Below the pieces are notes generated by a model. It was given only the letters and a program-made list of their open reading frames with translations. It ran no database searches and was not told where the DNA came from. Positions 61,150 through 64,000 of a stretch of 64,000 nt of DNA are shown here, piece by piece. Origin of the DNA: Ostrea edulis (lineage: Eukaryota); the NCBI RefSeq assembly GCF_947568905.1, contig NC_079170.1:28086001-28150000 (forward strand). Reading direction: 5' to 3'. Position numbers and translations under genes: made by a program. Positions within the stretch are counted from its first letter, which is position 1, and every line of letters starts with the position of its first letter.

Positions 61150-61386
61150 AAATTATAATGGTAAGCATTTTCTCATGAATGCCCAGCAGTTGTGAGCAAT
61201 GCAATGCGCGTATGAATATTGATGACGATACTTCTATTTTAACAGCTGGGGTATCAGGCAGAAAGGAAAGTAGAATGTAAATATAGGAAATAAACAGTTT
61301 TGAAAATACACGAGGGAATGAACTGCATCACTTCGTGTCGGTATGAAGTATGCCGACGCGAAGTCTTTCAGTTTACACCCTCATGT
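61150..61386. mobile_element. Hairpin-terminated repeat, homologous to 55790-56050
   Basis: Terminal stem CACGAGGGAATGAACTG..CTTCG.GTCGG ... CCGACGCGAAG..CAGTTTACACCCTCATG. Confidence 0.6.
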
Positions 61387-61664
61387 AAATATACACGTAC
61401 AAACGTAATTACATGTATATGCATAGCTTGAGAAGGAATTTACCGATGATTGTCGGGTACCAATATCCGTAAAATTAGTATTTTGTAACACTCGCCGTAG
61501 ATTTCAAACAGTCCATACTGCTAGCGTTACATTCTGTACATTTGGCAAGGCGGGATCTGCTGTGTAAAGTGTTTTGATTAAACGCATTCTCTTTCTTGTT
61601 TGCGAATGATAAAAACGAAATCTTTGCACTGACTGAAAATTTTTGATGGGTGACTAAAGGTTTG

Positions 61665-61760
61665 GTTTTATACTGTTTAACGCCCCTTTCGAGAAGTTTT
61701 CACTCATATGGAGACGTCACCATTGTCGGCGAAGTGCTGCAAATCTTAGGCCTATGCTCG
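61665..61760 (-). mobile_element. tRNA-derived SINE 3' fragment
   Basis: TTTCACTCATATGGAGACGTCACCATTGTCGGCGAAG...TAGGCCTATGCTCG. Confidence 0.8.
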
Positions 61761-61916
61761 AAGAAAGAATTTACATTAAATGATGTGTTTCCGTAATGCA
61801 CAGAAATTCTTAAGAAGAAATTCGAAAGAAAAAAAAACTCTTCCTTTTGATCGATACCATATTTAGTTAAGGTCATTTTTCAAGATTACCATTTTACACT
61901 CCAGATTTTTCACCGG

Positions 61917-62750
61917 TTGGAAAATCTTCTTACGCTGGAATTAAAACCAACAGAGAATGAGATGCAATGCAAAGAACCCATAGAAAACGATGAGCACGAC
62001 CAAATATTTTATGACATCGTCATTACATGGGAATTCTGCCACATCGATATCGATGAAACGAAGAAAAAAAGCCAGCGTATAATTCACGGCCTTGTATCGT
62101 TTTTATGCTATAGTTTGCAACAGATGGTATTTATAGTCATAAAACATTTAAACAGTACAGAAGTGGATCGAAGGATTCTTCCACCATCACCGTAAAACTC
62201 GGTAATTAGCTCGCCTCCCACGGATTGACCACGTACATTAAAACCTTGTAAAAGCCTTCTCGGCTAATGACGTGTGTGTACTTCTGTTTTCTACCTATGA
62301 AATTTGACAGAGAAAAAAACTCCGCTTGATAAAAGTATTTCTGAATGAAGAGTACGGATAGTGATCATTCGTTTTTTTTCCTCAGAAAAGGCGGAAGAAG
62401 TGTTGGTAATTAGCATCTGTAAATTCTTCGATCCTTGTATCAAAGGATCCTACATATCCCCGGCTTACAGATGCAAATACGATGAAGATCAAACTATTTA
62501 TTAATGACATACTCATATCCTAAGGCATAATGGAATTTTTGACAAATGGTTGTAACAGAGTGAATAAAATCAAAGACTGTTGTATTCGGATAATTAAAGA
62601 GAGAGTGTCGGTTGAATGATTTGTCCTTCAAACCGTAAGATGTCAAAAGAAATACAAGATGATTTATCCCGAGGCCTGCGCAACAAATTCTGCAAACGGC
62701 GACAAAACTCTTTTCTATATCTTTGTGAAATGATAGATTCGATCTAACAA
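61917..62750 (+). pseudogene. Possible decayed LINE ORF1 (degenerate PHD finger plus RRM-like region)
   Basis: QCKEPIENDEHDQIFYDIVITW..C..CYS(C) resembles an eroded PHD finger. Downstream RVRIVII..EKAEEVLV.SIC..I..AYR..Y.EDQ.IL.TY.YP..W...LK....L.DLS resembles the ORF1 NxII.G...AxRxG...RPIxVxF...DL pattern. Many stops. Confidence 0.35.
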
Positions 62751-63519
62751 ATAATGTGTTTTACTGCCTTACTACGTCACGAGTAGCGAAAAATCAAAGC
62801 CAATTAATTCTGCTGCTAATTGATATGATGTAGAAAAAGTTACAACCTTTGCTCAAACGAAAATATGGGAAACTCAAACTCATCACAACGATGTGTTCTA
62901 TGTATGACAAACGCTGATTTGTTTTTCCTTATTCTATACCGAACATACTATGTAATTAAAATCGCCCTCGTTAAAATACTAATTACGTCATGTTCTTCTA
63001 TGGTTATTTTTGTATTTTGCGTAAACACATTTGTCCACATTAAGATGTAATTAATGTTATATTTCACAGGACAACTATCATTTCATAACGACCAAATTGG
63101 AGTCATCGAGTCCAGTAGAAACAGATTGTAATATTTGGTCCTACATTTAGTTCTTGTATAATGAATTAATAACGAGAAGAAAGGAAAGCACAACTTTAAA
63201 ACATCGTCCACCACGTACTTCCGAACAGAATATTCGATTTTATTTTCATCCTTTAAATTTTTACTTCAATTTCCTTCTAATGATGATATAACACTTTCAT
63301 TGTGGTCAGAAATGAGATTAATATATTCACGTCTTTCTGACATATCTATCTTCTCGTGCGCAAACATCCCTCCATTCATACACCTGGTCATTGGGTTTTG
63401 TAAAACCGTTTGTTTTTTTAAATTGATTAATTCTAGGTTTTCAATAAATAAATTGTAAAGGTATCATTTCCAACTACAGATTGAAAATTAAAGAAAGGCA
63501 AACACCAAAGACATACGCA

Positions 63520-63575
<56 letters not shown>

Positions 63576-64000
63576 ACTAAAGCACTATTCAAAACTCAAC
63601 ATCCAAAGTGTCGGATCTATTTATAAATAGAAGGTCAAATAATCGGTCTGGTCTTCCGGACGTTAGAATATTGCGCGGGTATAAGGCCACGCATAGCGTG
63701 TTTAAATCTTAGGCACAGCATACTTTTCATGAAACGCTATTAGCGCGCGTCCTGATCGCATGAAGTATGGCCGGGCCGAGTGAATCGGTGCAGTTCATTT
63801 CAAAAGTGAAAGGATGAGAACAATGAGATATCGTCCATCTAACCTCAAAACGGAATGTATGTAGAGTGATGCTGTATCTGCCATCAATCTTCAACAGGAT
63901 TTGATATTGAATAATGAGGTGCATGTTTCTTGCATCAAACCACAAACATCGAGTGTTGATAAAATGACGAGATGTTTTCCATGAAGCTTGAAACAGGAGT

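Noticed and set aside
63727-63990. GPCR-like words on the minus strand (LSTLD, DGRY..HP)
   Set aside because: It needs a stop read-through and a frameshift, and the spacing from D2.50 to C3.25 to DRY is too short. A translated search using sequence beyond the window end would settle it.

Overview
Eukaryotic, AT-rich, repeat-dense animal DNA. Its repeat families and neuropeptide point to a bivalve mollusc, most likely an oyster (inference). There is no prokaryotic operon, rRNA, CRISPR array or convincing tRNA gene. The one clearly intact gene is a secreted neuropeptide precursor at 597-1226 (+), with a signal peptide and ten Gly-extended xRYF(L/I) peptides bounded by KR sites. It has a TATA/Inr promoter candidate upstream. 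The other ~62 kb is mostly a mosaic of tRNA-derived SINEs, a second SINE-like retroelement, decayed LINE ends, Tc1 and mariner transposase relics, many non-autonomous DNA elements (P/Galileo-like foldbacks, AcademH-like, Kolobok-like, Helentron-like, hairpin-ended), tandem and inverted duplications, and several mini/satellites. One satellite has three-tier higher-order structure. Best leads: (1) TA appears repeatedly converted to TACATGTA inside unrelated repeats, like a Tc1-type excision footprint, and the 8-mer is strongly enriched; (2) two CACAGG-ended foldback elements have 7-bp target duplications; (3) hairpin-ended elements sit at the breakpoints of local inverted and tandem duplications; (4) TTAA-flanked MITEs carry a Pol III tRNA-like cassette. 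All coordinates and counts were read by eye and may be off by a few bases; no database search was run.
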